The position numbers and the translations under genes were made by a program. From Octopus vulgaris (taxonomy: Eukaryota): a stretch of 64,000 nucleotides of DNA. The notes below the pieces were generated by a model. That model ran no database searches, was not told the origin of the DNA, and worked only from the letters and a program-made list of their open reading frames with translations. The DNA is taken from positions 8,556,001 through 8,620,000 of the forward strand of contig OX597823.1 in the NCBI GenBank assembly GCA_951406725.2, written 5' to 3'. Shown piece after piece: positions 13,801 to 28,839 of the stretch. The first letter of the stretch is position 1. Each line of letters begins with the position of its first letter.

Positions 13801-14759
13801 GATAAGTTCTTGCGATAAGTGCATTGTGTGAGTTTACCGCAATACTTTGATCTTTGTAGCTATCATTTGCATGTCCTGAAGTAATATGGTCATGTGTCTT
13901 TTGTTTTATTACTCTTATGCGTAATTACACACAGAGACACACACAGACACACATATTTTGTATATATATATATATATATACATATGTGTGTGTACAGAGA
14001 AAAAGAGGGAGAGAGAGAGTGAAGGAGAGAGAGAAAAAAGGAAGAGGAAGAGAAAAAGAAACAAATATACACATATAGACAAACACATTTATGCATGCAT
14101 GTATGTATGTATGTGCTAAAGAGACAAATATACACATATACACAAACATATTTATGTATGTATGTATGTATGTATGTATGTATGCATGCATGCATGCATG
14201 TATGTATGTATGTATGTATGTATGTATGTATGTATGTCTGTATGTATGTATGTATGTATGTATGTATGTATGTATGTATGTATGTATGTATGTGCTCTTA
14301 TTTATACTAGTCATCGTTTTTCCCTTTTCTAGTCCGTTCCATAGCGGAAACAGTAAGCAAGAAATTAGATGTAAAGCGCGAACTCTCATTGAAAAATGTT
14401 TTTATTTCACAAATAACTTTAAGTGTTCAAATCTAAATTCCGGATATTCTTTTAATGTCAGATAAGATAGGCTGCTATATCCGTTTCCATCACTTACTGT
14501 TTCTTGGTTTACAAAATGAATTCGTATTTATGATTCGCATTTCTTGAAGTTAGAAAAGTTGATATTTAATCTTTCTTGACATTTCTCATACGTGACAAAA
14601 TGTCACTTACTTTTTGAAAGAACATAGGTGATTGAAATTGGATTTTATTTGTTCTATTTGAATAAAAGGAGATATCAACATCAGCTCACAAAGGATTGTA
14701 TGCCCAGCTACTTTTGAATTCTGCCACTTACTGCTCTTTTTTTAATTTTTTCATTATCC

Positions 14760-15462
14760 TTTAACTTTTATCTTTCACTTGATCCAGTCATTTGACTGTG
14801 GCCATGCTGGGGCGCCATCTTGAAGAACTTTTTGTCGAATGAAACGATACCATGACATGTTTTTCAAGCCTGGAACTTAGTCTGTCGTCTCTTTTACAGA
14901 ACCGCTAAGTTACGTGGGTGGAGGCACATGGCCTAGTGGTTAGAGCAGCGGACTGGCGGTCGAGAGATCGCGGGTTTGAATCTCAGACCGGGCGATGTGT
15001 GTGTTTATGAGCGAAACACCTAAGCTCCATGCGGCTCCAGCACAAGGTAAGGGCGAACTTCTGCTGACTCTTTCGCCAAAACTTTTTCTCATTCTTTCCT
15101 CCTGCATCTTGCAGCTCATTTGCGACGGACCGGCGTTCCATCCAGGTGGGGAACCTATGCGCCAAGGAAACCGGGAAACCGGCCCTATGAGCCTGGCGTG
15201 GCTTGAGAAGGAACAAACAAGTTACGGGGACGTAAACACACCGGCAACAGTTGTCAAGCGAAAGGAGGGAGACAAATACAGACACAAACACACACACACG
15301 CGCGCGTACACACATATTTATATACGACGGGTTTCTTCCACTTTTCTTCTAGCAAATACAATCATAAAAACTATAGTAGAAGACATTTATCCAAGGTACC
15401 GCACAGTGGAACTAAAACCGGATCCATGTGGTTGAGAATCAAGCTTCTTACCAAACAGCCAT
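14760..15462 (-). mobile_element. Old diverged copy of the main tRNA-derived SINE, interrupted by a second SINE
   Basis: Homologous to 16294-16704 (cagtcatttgactgtggccatgctgg...gcagtggaact). Confidence 0.85.
14920..15218 (+). mobile_element. tRNA-derived SINE (second family) nested in the older SINE
   Basis: A box tggcctagtgg, B box ggtttgaatc, (AAC)-like tail; aagttacg duplicated at 14907 and 15219. Confidence 0.85.
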
Positions 15463-16293
15463 TGATCCCTTGAAAGTCTAACTATCGTTATCTTCTATAA
15501 ATATTACAGCAATATGCTCATCGGACATCATCTTCATTGCGAGAGTATTTATTTTAGATGGTGTTGACATCCTGAATCAGTTTCGATATTTTGTTTCGTT
15601 AATTTCCTCTACCATCTCAATTTCTCTGAGGAAAAGTACTTCGTCTTACGTTTATCGCTCAATACCACATCGTGGTATTAGAAGACAAGGGATACCTACT
15701 TTAATCAAACTTGTTGTCTAATAATCAATATTAAGATCAAATTTAATTTGTGCATTCTAGTTGCGGAGGTCAACATCATGAAAACTACAAAAAGAATCAT
15801 CGACAGTTTTCAATATATATGCACAACCAGGTAACGTAAGAACTACACAATACACCTTTCATGTATGCATGTATCTATTGTCTTTCATTTATTTCTATCA
15901 TTGGATTGCGGCCATACTGGGGTATCTCCTTCAAGGGTTTAGTGGAACAAATCCAATAATTTTTAAAAGCATGGTACTTATTCAACCGAGCTCTTTTTGC
16001 CGATGCCCCCCCACCCCCAAATAACAAAACAAAAGAAGAAAAATTAAACCCGGTTCTCAAGCACAAAGAGAAAGACACACGCATATAGAAAACAAAGAGA
16101 AAATATACTATATAGCCTTACTGTATTAAGTGAGTCGTTTTGCTATCCTATATTTTCTATCGGGAATTGTTTTTGATGTCTAATATATACACGCATACAT
16201 ATATACATAATGCCATATATGCAATGACATCCATGTAATGATATTCATATGTGCAATGACATCCGTGCATGCACAGATGTGTACGTGTACATA

Positions 16294-16704
16294 TACTCTT
16301 TACTCTTTACTCTTTTACTTGTTTCAGTCATTTGACTGCGGCCATGCTGGAGCACCGCCTTTAGTCGAGCAAATCGACCCCGGGACTTATTCTTTGTAAG
16401 CCCAGTACTTATTCTATCGGTCTCTTTGCCAAACCGCTAAGTGACGGGGACGTAAACACACCAGCATCGGTTGTCAAGCAATGCTAGGGGGACAAACACA
16501 CACACACAAACAAACACACACATATATATATACATATATACGACAGGCTTCTTTCAGTTTCCGTCTACCAAATCCACTCACAAGGCATTGGTCGGCCCGG
16601 GGATATAGCAGAATACACTTGCCCAAGGTGCCACGCAGTGGGACTGAACCCGGAACCATGTGGTTGGTTAGCAAGCTACTTACCACACAGCCACTACTGC
16701 GCCT
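16294..16704 (-). mobile_element. Main tRNA-derived SINE, full length and young
   Basis: Head ggcgcagtagtggctgtgtgg (A box) and ggttcagtccc (B-like box); central (TA)(TG) microsatellite; (GAGTAAA)n tail; nearly identical to the other copies. Confidence 0.93.
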
Positions 16705-17773
16705 ACGTATGTATATTCATACATGAGTACTTGTCTACATGCATGTTTACATAAACACTCACATATAAGACTAACGTGTTGACACTGTCTAAATTTCAAT
16801 GAAAGAATTTTTTCCGAGTAAGATACCAGATCTTCTTCTTCCAATGGCGAAAAGTTCGTACGTCTATATGTGTGCATGTGTGTATGTGTGTCTGTGTTTG
16901 TGTCTGTATTCGTGTGTGTGTCTATACGCATGTACGTAAGCTACGTAATATTTTTGAATGCTGATCGCACGTACTTCTATTACATTTGAACACACGTCAC
17001 GTTGACACGTGGTGTCTACTTGTAACATATATGATGACGTAAGTGATGAAATAAGTGAACAAGTTGAAAGCTGTTACAGCCATGCTATTTGGTCACTCGA
17101 CAATTTAAATATGTATGAATATCCATACAAGTCTGAATTGCACGTCGAAGCTTTTGTACAAATATATTCGTGAATATAATTTTCCTTTTCTTCAGAATCA
17201 TGACATCGTCTCAATTTTTGTTGTTGGTTTCTATCATGTCGTTTTACGCGTTTGCTTTGTCATTATTATCTACATGTAGAATATTGTAAAACATGTTTTA
17301 ACAATTCTGAAAATACTATCAATACTTTTATTTGTTATTTGTGCAGAGAGAGTGAGATAAACTTCCTTTTGAATATACTGTCGTTTCATTTTTATGCGTT
17401 GCTTTTTGGATGCGTAAGACAACGCCTCGACTAAAGAAGATTTAAAAGAGAATGAAGAAATATTTAACAAGTAGTTAAAGCGGAATCCACAGACATAATA
17501 TTCTGGTATTCGGTTATGTAATAGTATTAATAATACGAAAGTCATTTTTCTTGTGTAAATTAACTGAAATATGTGGTCAATTTTCTGCTGTTTCAGGAAA
17601 CGCTCACTTGAACATCATTTGTCTTAGTTTGAAAGAATTCGATAAAATTTGTTAAAGCACTGCGCGATTTTAGTGACTGAAAGTCAAATATGTATGAATG
17701 CTTCATAAATACTTCCATGTGAGTCTTTTCCCGGACAGACAAGCATACATACATACTCTACATGCGCACACAT

Positions 17774-17835
<62 letters not shown>

Positions 17836-17999
17836 ACACACACACACACACATGTAGAAGAAGCATGCTTTCCAATCATATGGTTCCGGATTCAGTCCCA
17901 CTATGTGGCAACTTGGTCAAATTCCCTCTACTATAGCATCGGATCGACCAAAGCCTTGTTGGAAGATTTGAAAGACGGAAAGTTGCAAATGATGCAGAG

Positions 18000-20450
18000 C
18001 TCGAACTCATACAATCTGACATGGTTGAGTGGCCAGTGTCAGGTAGAGAATGTTCATTTATAGAGGAGAGATGTCCACAGAACGACAAGAAACAGAGAAT
18101 ACAGATGCGGAAATTCCACTGAACTGTTGGCAATTGTAGATCTGCTATTTTTATTGATACCAACCTAAATCATAGAACTGATACCGGATGGCGACCACTA
18201 CACAAACACAAGCATCAGACCTATGTTATTGAATATCAGACATCTGATGTACATCAATAAAAAAACGAAAATCTCTTTTCTTAAATACCTCACTACATGT
18301 AATAATGTTTTATGCATAGCACTGGTGGAAACACATCTTAGATCAGGTACAGGGGATGCAGAATTACACGTATCGAATTAGGATGTATTACGAACAGACA
18401 AAAGAAGAGAAAGGAAGTATGATGGAGTTGCAGTGTACATCCGTGAGGAACTCACGCTCTAGATCCTGTTGTAATATTCAAATTCAGTGCGTGATACTAA
18501 ACTTGTACCCATAAGACAACTCGATATTGTTATATGTACTACATATTGCCCATCAGAAGTTCCAAATCACATAGAAAAATTTGAAGACTACCTGGGAAAA
18601 GTCGAAGTTCTGATCAAACTAGAATAGCATATCGGTGTATTCCACGTAAGTGATTTCATCTTCTCTGATTTGGGATGACCTGAGGACCTTATGCTCTCAG
18701 GAACAACACATCCCAACAAGTACATGTAGACTCCCTACACAGCCTTTCCTATACTTTATTCATGGAGCACATTGTGCTCTAACCAATCAGGGCAAATAAT
18801 ATACTAGAACTCTGTTTCACAAACAATATAGATATCATCGATGATGTAAAAGTGTCACTGAGGCTAATCACGTGACACCGACACTACGTAGAACTGACTA
18901 CATATGGACCAAAAGAAATCTCAGACTTACAACATTTACGAAGCATCTGAAACCACTAGTTATCAAGCAAATAGGAAATCCTCAAACAGGATTGGTCTAA
19001 GTGTCTCTCTGCATTAGACATCCACATGAAACTTGTGCATTTCATGTCCGTAATGCAAGGCATATGCAAGAAATGTATCCCAGAGCATAAGATGAACTCA
19101 CAAGAAGGAGATCCAAAGGAGTGGAAAATTCTTATGAGGTGACGCTCTAAGATTACAAATTACCTAAACAAACATTTCAAGAGTTGTGAAAAGTCCTACA
19201 TAAAAACAACTCTGATAAAGATTGAGAAAAGTCTGCAACAATCCTTCGAAAAAGAGCGAACAGATAAAGAAACCTGAGTTACAAAAATATAAAGTCGAAA
19301 ACAAAAGCTTTCTTTAATTTTGCCAAAGAAACGGCTTCAGTACACTATAAGACAAGCCGTCGCTTGCAAAAGGGTGGCTCCTTAAAGGAAACCAAGGAGG
19401 ATAAATGAAATACTGAATGAATAGTTCAAAGTTTTCACTGCTCTATTAGGACAGGCAAGTGAGCAAATGAGTTTGTAATCTATAAGTAGAGAGGTAGTAA
19501 CAGTTGATTACATTGACATCAAAGATGTAAAGCTGGCCGTAGACACAAACTGAGCTGCTGGTCCTGGTGGATTTCCAGCAAAACCATTACCCTAGTAAAA
19601 CCACTGCAGCTTCGTTTTCAGCACTTCCTTCCAAGTGGTAAAGTCCCAGACCAACTGAAGGAAGGAATAATGTCCTATCCATAATGGAGGAAGCAGACCA
19701 GATGCTAAAATGTGTAGGCCTACCTCTCTGACTTCACTCATTAGAAAGGTATTGAACTAATAGTGAAAATGAAACTACTTGCGTTCCTTGAAGAGAATGA
19801 CTTACTGACTTACACCTGGCAGATAGAAGCTGCTTAACATAATTCTTATAGCACTACGAGTGGTTATTAAAATAGCTCAACAACTCAAATATATCGGCTT
19901 TGCTAAAGACTTTGATAAAGCGAGCATGGTATACTATATCACAAGTTGCGTGATCTCGGCGTAGTCAGAAATCTTGAAGAATAGATTCCCAACTTTTTAA
20001 CAGATAGAAGCCAATGGAACCACCTCTAGGCAAACGTAGATAGTAAGTAGGGTTCTATAGGGTTCTGTGTTAGGACCCCCGCTATTCATAGTAGTACTCT
20101 CAGACCTGCTTCTTAGCTGCTCAGATGGCCACCCTTGCTAGATACGCAGATGATACAAACATTTCTCAGAGGATACAGAATCTCGGGCATATTGCGCACA
20201 AAGTCAGACGTAATATATAGGTGGACTGAGGACATAAAAATGCAGTTTAATGCTGCAAAATTTCAAGCCCTGTGATATCAGTAGGCAAAGCTGAATGAAA
20301 TGCACACAGGATACAATGGCTCAGGAGTGTTTACAATCCTTGAATCATCAGTGCGTGATACATCATTCCTGGTATATATTACTAAATTGGCCACTGGGAA
20401 AGGCTCAAAAAGTTAAGACTCTACTCCTTAGAACGAAGGCGGGAATGACA
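18000..20450 (+). pseudogene. Highly degenerate CR1/L2-group LINE ORF2 (endonuclease + RT)
   Basis: Collinear with the reverse complement of 38.7-41.3 kb, e.g. gttgcagtgtacatccgtgagga and agatacgcagatgatacaaac (YADD); many stops and frameshifts. Confidence 0.88.
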
Positions 20451-20499
20451 TGCAGTAATATACTTTCTTTAATGCATTTCAGTCCTGAGGGTGTGGCTA

Positions 20500-20960
20500 T
20501 TTTGAGGAACCGCTAGTGTTATCACGTTCTCAATTGTAATTGTTTGTGATTGGCTTTTGATGAAGAAGGGAGTACGATATTGCTGGCTTCTTTTGCCGTG
20601 AGGTAGGTTCATTTGGGACCTAAACAGCAGAAAGTCAAATTGTTTATTGAAGACATCTGCCTCTGCCCTATGTAGATCTCTCAGATGTTTTGGCAAGGTA
20701 TTAAATAGCCGTGGACCATTGAATCCCAGGATATTGCAGTACATGGTCCTCACTCAGTACTGGGTGGCCGGAACATTTGAAACAGTGCAGTGACGTCTAG
20801 TTCGGGGGTTGGGATAGCTCTCGTTGTTAGAGCATGGAGTCAGCCCATCCAGGTGCTTCCATACGTACATTACCACATATCTCACCCGCCTTCGCTCCAA
20901 GGAGTAGAGTCGTAGCTCTTTCTGTCTCTGCTAATAGCTCAGGTGATACAAGCATTCCGA
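20500..20960 (-). mobile_element. 3' part of the same LINE family in opposite orientation
   Basis: Minus strand NGPRLFNTLPKHLRDLHRAEADVF and ctctactccttggagcgaaggcgg. Confidence 0.85.
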
Positions 20961-21568
20961 TCAAGTAATGATCTTGTGATAACTTTCACCATTTCTTTCA
21001 CCAGCCTGAGAGTCTTTACAAATATTCTTGAGAGTTGCTATCCATCCACTCACTTAACCATAAAACTGTCACACACGCATACATAAGCAAATATACATAC
21101 GCATGAATACCTAAACGTATACGTATAACAACATGTACGAAGATTTAAATTAGAATAAAACTTACTAAATTAAAAAATATGAATTAATTCAGTAATACAT
21201 TTAGAAAGATTCTATTTGACACAAAAGCAGTTCATCGTCTGCACATTTCTTTATGCTGGCCATAATTTTCATTAAGTCTTTAATATACAAGGCCAAAGTT
21301 TGCAGCAACTATGGAATATTTTTCTGGCAGCAAATTTTAAAAGATTTATTGCATTTATTATGTATTGTCTTGTCTGCTTATGGGTCCAATATTATTAAAT
21401 CTGTGTGTGTGTCTATCTCCCTTTTTTTGCTTATGTGTCTCTTCATCTCGATATATTGTGTGTGTGATTGCTCGTATGTGTATGCGTTTGTATATGTGCA
21501 GGCATATATCTATATATGCATACATATTTATTACAAACACACATACACAAACACAGACACACACACAC

Positions 21569-21630
<62 letters not shown>

Positions 21631-21761
21631 ATCAACACGCTTGTGTGCGTAGTTAGTTGCCTTCGTACTTGTGCGCATAAGTATATATCTTCTGTTTCAC
21701 TCTCTTTTTTTATTCTCTCTCTCCCTTCCTTTCTTTCTCTCCGCATGTTTGCATATATAGA

Positions 21762-22305
21762 CAGGAGTTGGACAAAATAATGGAAACATCTTAAACTTTC
21801 AAGCAAATTTATTTTAATATGGGGTAGAACCGCCTTTGGCAGTAATTGCAGCTTGAATTCTACGAGGTATGAACTCGTACAAATTTTCTATTGTTTCCAA
21901 AGGAATTTTTGCGCATTCTTAAGCTAAAACAGTGAATTATCCTCCACACTTCTCTTAACAAAGAGAAGGGTCCAGTCGGAGGGTCCTGGTTGATCTGGGC
22001 GAGGTGACGTGGACTCCTTCCCCTCTCTAGTGAATTGCACAATCATTCTATGAACTGGAGAAAGTAGGATCCCAATGTTTTCTACGATTTTACACTGACT
22101 ATGTCCATCTTCAGAATAACCCACAATACGGACTCATTGAAATTCAGATAGTTCCAATGCTTATTTTGCACATGGCACGATTAAACAGTCATATTATAGA
22201 GCCTGAAATATAAAAATGTCTTTTAGTAAAAGATATAAACCGTTACAATTTAGAATAAACATAAAACGATGTTTTATGGAGCCTCTATTTACTCTGTCAT
22301 GTCTG
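21762..22305 (-). mobile_element. Internally deleted Tc1-like element
   Basis: End caggagttggacaaaataatggaaac; HTH-like [28 protein letters not shown]; the other end is degenerate. Confidence 0.7.
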
Positions 22306-22310
22306 TATAT

Positions 22311-22348
<38 letters not shown>

Positions 22349-22351
<3 letters not shown>

Positions 22352-22445
22352 TTTGATTTTGATTTTGATTTTTCCAGTTTCAGCTAATGAGCTGTGGTTG
22401 TACCTCCAACCGTGCTGTTTTACTGCTGTGATTTTTGCTACTAAG
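22349..22445 (-). mobile_element. Very short 3' end of the CR1/L2-group LINE
   Basis: gattttgattttgatttttccagtttcagctaatgagctgtgg matches 38230-38272; sits in (TA)n. Confidence 0.75.
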
Positions 22446-22462
22446 GTACCGCAAGATTATTC

Positions 22463-22535
<73 letters not shown>

Positions 22536-22642
22536 TATATATATAACGGGAAGGTTTACGATAATAAACAAAAGACGAAGGCAGGTGGAGTACAAACAAA
22601 CAATTGTATTAGTATGGCGCTCAGGAATACAAATAAAACAAG

Positions 22643-22680
22643 TCTTTTACGTTTCGAGCCTACGCTCTTCAACAGAAAGA
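22643..22680 (-). ncRNA. Minimal type I hammerhead-like motif (A6U core variant)
   Basis: Minus strand tcttt-CTGTTGA-a-gagc-gtag-gctc-GAAA-cg-TA-aaaga, inside a ~220-bp insert (22545-22762) in (TA)n. Confidence 0.65.
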
Positions 22681-22785
22681 TACACAGAAAAGAAACACGA
22701 AGAGAAACAAGGAGAGAAGAAAAATGCGTGCAGAAGCTAGCGATTCAACATGGCGATTCTGATATATATATATTATATGTATACG

Positions 22786-22879
<94 letters not shown>

Positions 22880-23116
22880 CACACATATATATATATATAT
22901 ATTGGAAGGTTTGGAGATGATGTATAGGTATCCAAAATATATATATATATATATATATATGTTTGTCTGTCTGTCTGACTATATACATGTAGTGGATAGA
23001 CCTACATGAAGTTCCGTCTAACAAATCCACTCACAACGCTTTAGTCGGCCAAAAAGACATTTGCTCATGGTGTCCTAATCCCATATCCATGTGACTTCTT
23101 AGCATAAAGCCACGCT

Positions 23117-23175
<59 letters not shown>

Positions 23176-23719
23176 GTATGTATGATTGTATGTAGTCACA
23201 TACACACACATTAAATGCCACTATTCAGTAAGAGTGTGTGAATCTATATTATGCTTAAGAATACCGAGTTTTTACATGTTTTTATCTTCCTAATTTCTTC
23301 TTTTCTTTATTTTGCTAATATATTGTTAGTGATTACAGATTTTACTCTTCTCACTCCCACAGAACGTACTGTCTGCTATTATACCATTTCATATTTTCCT
23401 TCTTACAGGATTAATAACCAAAAGTTAATTATAATTTCAGATATCAAAAAAGCAATCATGAGAAAGCGGCCATCAAACGGCAATAATGATGACAATGGAG
23501 TAGATAAGATATTGCTTCGTTGTTGCTATAGATTTAGAAGAATTAACTGGTAAAGAATATTTCTATATATCAAATATACACTGAGAGAAAGAGACGAAGG
23601 TCATTAAATCTCTCTAAGTAAGATAACAATAGGAAGAACATGATAAAGACTTAGTAAAATTATATATATATACATATATATATATATACACACACACACA
23701 TATATATATGTATATATAT

Positions 23720-23838
<119 letters not shown>

Positions 23839-26367
23839 GTATATATACACCTTATTAAGAATAAAGATTGTTAATGCAATATATAAAACTGAATGATTAG
23901 TTTTCAAGAAATATTTATATCGGTGTTTCAATCATTATAAAATTACTTTTATCTATTTCTGTTTTTATAGTCCTTTTCGAAAATTATTTTAAAATATTAA
24001 AAAAAAAAAATAAGCACAAAAAGAAAAACAATATGATAATCGGAGTAAAATACTATATAAAAAAAAAAGATTTCATTCGATTCCGCTTTAATGCATAGCC
24101 TTAGTGATTGAAATCCTTCTGTAGTTAAACACTGTATTCAAATATCCGAATTCGCACTGTACAAGCTTTCATTATATTGCCAGTTGCAAAGTATTGTGGG
24201 TATCAGACATGCATAGATTACATAACGCTTTCTTTTATAATATAGCAAGAACATTCTTTCTCCATACAGTAGTTTGTATATTCACATGCTTATATTTCGC
24301 TTTGTCAGCACATCGTTTATTTGTATACATATCCTACGAGGTTTTTAAATTCTCTTCCATATTCTTTGATAACTAAGTGAAACTAGACTCAAACGCCGCG
24401 ACAATATCATGACTTCCAAATATCTCGATTTACTCCGTGATAACAATTAGTGTCATTGTCATTAAAGGCAGTTCAGTTGTCTCAATTTCAGGTGAAAAAA
24501 ATCGATATCGAACGCAACTAAATAACGTCCTTCCACCAATTGACGCAAAACTAGCTTTTTTCCTGTCTTTATCGCTAAATATGACTCATACATCGAGGAA
24601 GTTTATAATTAAAAAATAAAATACAAATATCCCCGACAATGTACTTCAACATTCTATGATTTATTGAAATGTTAAAAATAGCTTAAATATGACATACTTG
24701 ACATCGGTTGCTTGTAACCATGACGTTCTAAGTGGTGTCATTCTGGCTATTCAGGCTAACAGAAGCTTCCAGAATCTTTTAAGTATCAAGTGAAATAAAT
24801 GGCAATTGTAAATTAACTTTTGTCAACAGTGCAATAAAAGAATTGTGTAATTAATCAGAACGAATCTCCCTTGCACATACAACTCAAAAGCTAATTTTAC
24901 TAAGATTTGAAACTAAACAATTCGGTGGTTTGAAATAGTATGCATTTCGCCGAATAAAACATAAAAATATTTGCTGCAAAAATAGAAGTATACGTAGTAC
25001 TCCTTTTGGGAAATCTACGTTGGATTGATAATGAGATAGAACAGAGGGTATAGAAATAATTGGATGTTTTCTGAGATTTTCATTCAGTGCCGATACAATG
25101 AATAGCAAAATATATTGGATCCTTCTATAAAAATTTGCTTTGTGCCGACACAAAAGGAATTATTACCAAAATTGCTATGTGCCCTGTCGTGTGTAATTAA
25201 TGACAATATTTCAGCATGAGATGGTTCAGCTTCTACATGATGGTTATGAAACAGCTGGTTAACATTATGGAAGATGCAGTGAAGAAATGAATAACAAACC
25301 TGCTAGAAGCCGGTTCCTGTTGTATCCTAAAGTTTAAAAGAGATGACTTGAAGATGCCTTTCAACAGACACCTCAACCATGAAAAGGGGTAAGATGTGAA
25401 GCGGTGTGGTTTGTTACGAGAACACTAATTGGTTTAATGTACGAAAACTATTTTATATGCCACGAAAGAGGCGGCTTAGTACAAAAATGTGTGGAGTAGG
25501 TTAAATGGGGTTATCATTATGTTGTTAATACCATTGAAATAAAGTGAGCAACTTATAGAAGAGTGGTCACAGAAATATATTCTAACCGAAAGATGAAGTG
25601 ATAGAAACGAATAATATTTCTATTTGATAAAAGGCCAGCTATTTCTAGTTTTAATCGACACCAAATAAATACAGGGTAAAATACAACAAAAATAAAAACA
25701 AATAGTCCTAAATAAAAATTCAATAAAATGTAGAAAAAGTTACACATAAAGAATTAAAAAAGAACTAACATACTCCAGGCCAGAATAATTATTTTGACAT
25801 TTTATTTCTTTTTCTCTAATGTTATTTAATTCTTTTGTCTCTTTCATATACTTGAGCACTGTAACAATATTCCAACTATAAAACAACCTCCAGACACAAA
25901 ATACAGTAGTAATGAAGAGTGATTAGTTATTTTCACCAGTTTACTTTTATTATTCTTTACTATCACATATTCAGTTCCCATTCAAAGTTTTAATATCCGC
26001 TCCAATTTTCAATATCCTGCTTTAGTTCTGATGTGTATTATTGTTTGCAAAACAAGGTCCATTCATGCGTGCACGCAATCATGGTCTCGCTCCAACAATA
26101 TTTATCTTACAACATCTGTTTAGGAACCGTTTCATTTGTTTTTACATCAGTTTCTATTCTCTACCAAAGAGAATGAACGGAGGTATATCTAGTACGACAT
26201 CTTTTCGCCATAACTTCTGTCAACCTATTGATGATCTGAATTTACACACACACACACAAACACACACAGACACACAGACACACACACAAATCGGTATAAA
26301 ACAATATGATGCGTATATGAAATAATGTACACTCATAAAATAACCACACTCGCATATATGCAAACTG

Positions 26368-26433
<66 letters not shown>

Positions 26434-26576
26434 GCATAAATATTTGTATTCGTTTCTGTCTATCTATCTATCAACTCAGCAGCATCTACGTAAGCTAACA
26501 TGTCTTTAAGCCTTTGACTTCTGATGATGGTTCTTCTGTGTCTGAAATAGTTGAAGATATACATACTTACATACAT

Positions 26577-26664
<88 letters not shown>

Positions 26665-27458
26665 GTATATATACACACACACACACACATATATATACTT
26701 ACATAAATAAATAAATATATATATATACATGTATATAATGCGTTATAGCTGCTCATACTCACAGACATACCTCACACACATATATACAATGTATTAAAAA
26801 GCAACAGTATGTATGTTGTTCTAATTGGTCTCTTTATGAAGGCATAGAGCACAATTCGTCATCCAAATCTAATCAACAATAAAGAGGTACCAAAGAAGCC
26901 CATATTAGCTAGCACTGTTGTTGACTTTATTAAATGTTCTCATTTGTAGTAATGTTGGCAATCATCTCCATTTTCTTTTTTTAATTATGAAGACATTTGA
27001 ACTATAGAATTGGTTTTTAGTCTCCTGTTTATGAACGTTATGATTTCAAATCCCGAGGGAGTGGCTTTTCTTTTCATAATTCCAGACGCTACTCAATACG
27101 TTCCAGTATTTATTGGAAGCAATTCAAACGCTATATTCCCAATTAAAAAATATCCCCACTGTCATCATTAATATTTACCATGATATTTTCAATAGTTTTA
27201 TGCAAGCATCAACTGAACCGTCAGCTGCCCTCTTCTGTTCCTCTTATGAGTGCAGCATAGAAAACTGAGAATGTAAAATTGTTTTCGAACTCTACATCAG
27301 GCTGGCTTTGTTGATCTTGGTTTGCTGTTTCCCATGTAATTCTAGAGTTTAGTGTAGTGTATGCGCAATATGATTTGTGGTGATGGATATATATGTATAT
27401 GTATGTAAATATGTATATATATATATATATATATGAATCAATCTATCGATCTATCTAT

Positions 27459-27510
<52 letters not shown>

Positions 27511-27524
27511 TTATCTATCTATTT

Positions 27525-27584
<60 letters not shown>

Positions 27585-27589
27585 ATAAA

Positions 27590-27754
27590 TATTAGGCAAT
27601 AAATCCAAATTTACAGGGAAAAAATCAGATTTAGGATTAAATCCAATTTTATAGTAAAATATTATATAATATTGTTAGAGACAAAACCACTATTTTGCAA
27701 AACAAACAAGGAAAGACTTAATCAATACATAAAATTTTAATAAAAAGTCAAAAA

Positions 27755-27823
<69 letters not shown>

Positions 27824-28024
27824 CATATATATATACACACACACACACACATATATATACTTACATAAATAAATAAATATATATATATACATGTATATAA
27901 TGCGTTATAGCTGCTCATACTCACAGACATACCTCACACACATATATACATATGTATATTAAAATTTTATGTATTGATTAAGTCTTTCCTTGTTTGTTTT
28001 GCAAAATAGTGGTTTTGTCTCTAA

Positions 28025-28034
<10 letters not shown>
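27590..28034. repeat. Inverted repeat (27665-27742 / 27957-28034) enclosing a copy of nearby DNA
   Basis: Arms are near-perfect reverse complements; spacer 27757-27950 duplicates ~26580-26788. Confidence 0.88.
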
Positions 28035-28055
<21 letters not shown>

Positions 28056-28091
28056 CTGTCTGTCTGTCTCTTTCTTTTCCTCTCTCTCTTG

Positions 28092-28163
<72 letters not shown>

Positions 28164-28790
28164 TATCTATATATCTATCTATCTATCTATCTATCTATAT
28201 ATATATATATATATATCCTCCGTAAAATCCCCAATTTTATTTGATTCGCTTTGCGGGAGCTTTCTATCGAAAGTATATATTGTTGTTAAGTGCTCGAAAT
28301 ACGAGAGTAGAAAGACATCGAACAACTGATGAAAGGTCTCCTTTATGTTGCTTGTCTTTTTCCCATTTGTGTCTTTCGTTGTTCGAAAAAATAATTCGTA
28401 TTCCATGTACTCGTACTTCGTATTTTTGTTTCTTTTTTGTACACGTTTCATAACGTCCTGTGACCACATACGCACATATATATACATATAGCTGCAAGTA
28501 TGTACATATAATTATTCATATATGCATATATATATTATTTATATTACACCGAGTAAACACATAAATGTGAAACAAGGTGGAAAAAAGAGTACTCAAATAC
28601 CAGTGGTAGAGTAATATGCTTTATTTATATTATATATATATATATATGAGACAGGGCGACAGAGCGAGAGTGAGGGAGAGAGCGAGTGAGAGAGAGACAG
28701 ACAGAATGAATGAATTATTATAACATTATGTGATACTTACTGTGTACCTACTTTTGCACACCAATGCGTGTATGTATGTATGTATGTATG

Positions 28791-28839
<49 letters not shown>

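Noticed and set aside
11700-13900. Possible very old LINE remnants, with weak restriction-like endonuclease hints near 13.6-13.9 kb on the minus strand
   Set aside because: Too degenerate to support by eye; needs a translated HMM search
23441-23549. Possible exon (tttcag ... ctg|gtaaag)
   Set aside because: Splice-like signals only, with no recognisable protein similarity or partner exons; needs RNA-seq
28290-28345. gaaatacgagagta...ctgatgaaagg as a hammerhead
   Set aside because: Core halves are in the wrong order for type I, and I could not build consistent stems or a cleavage triplet
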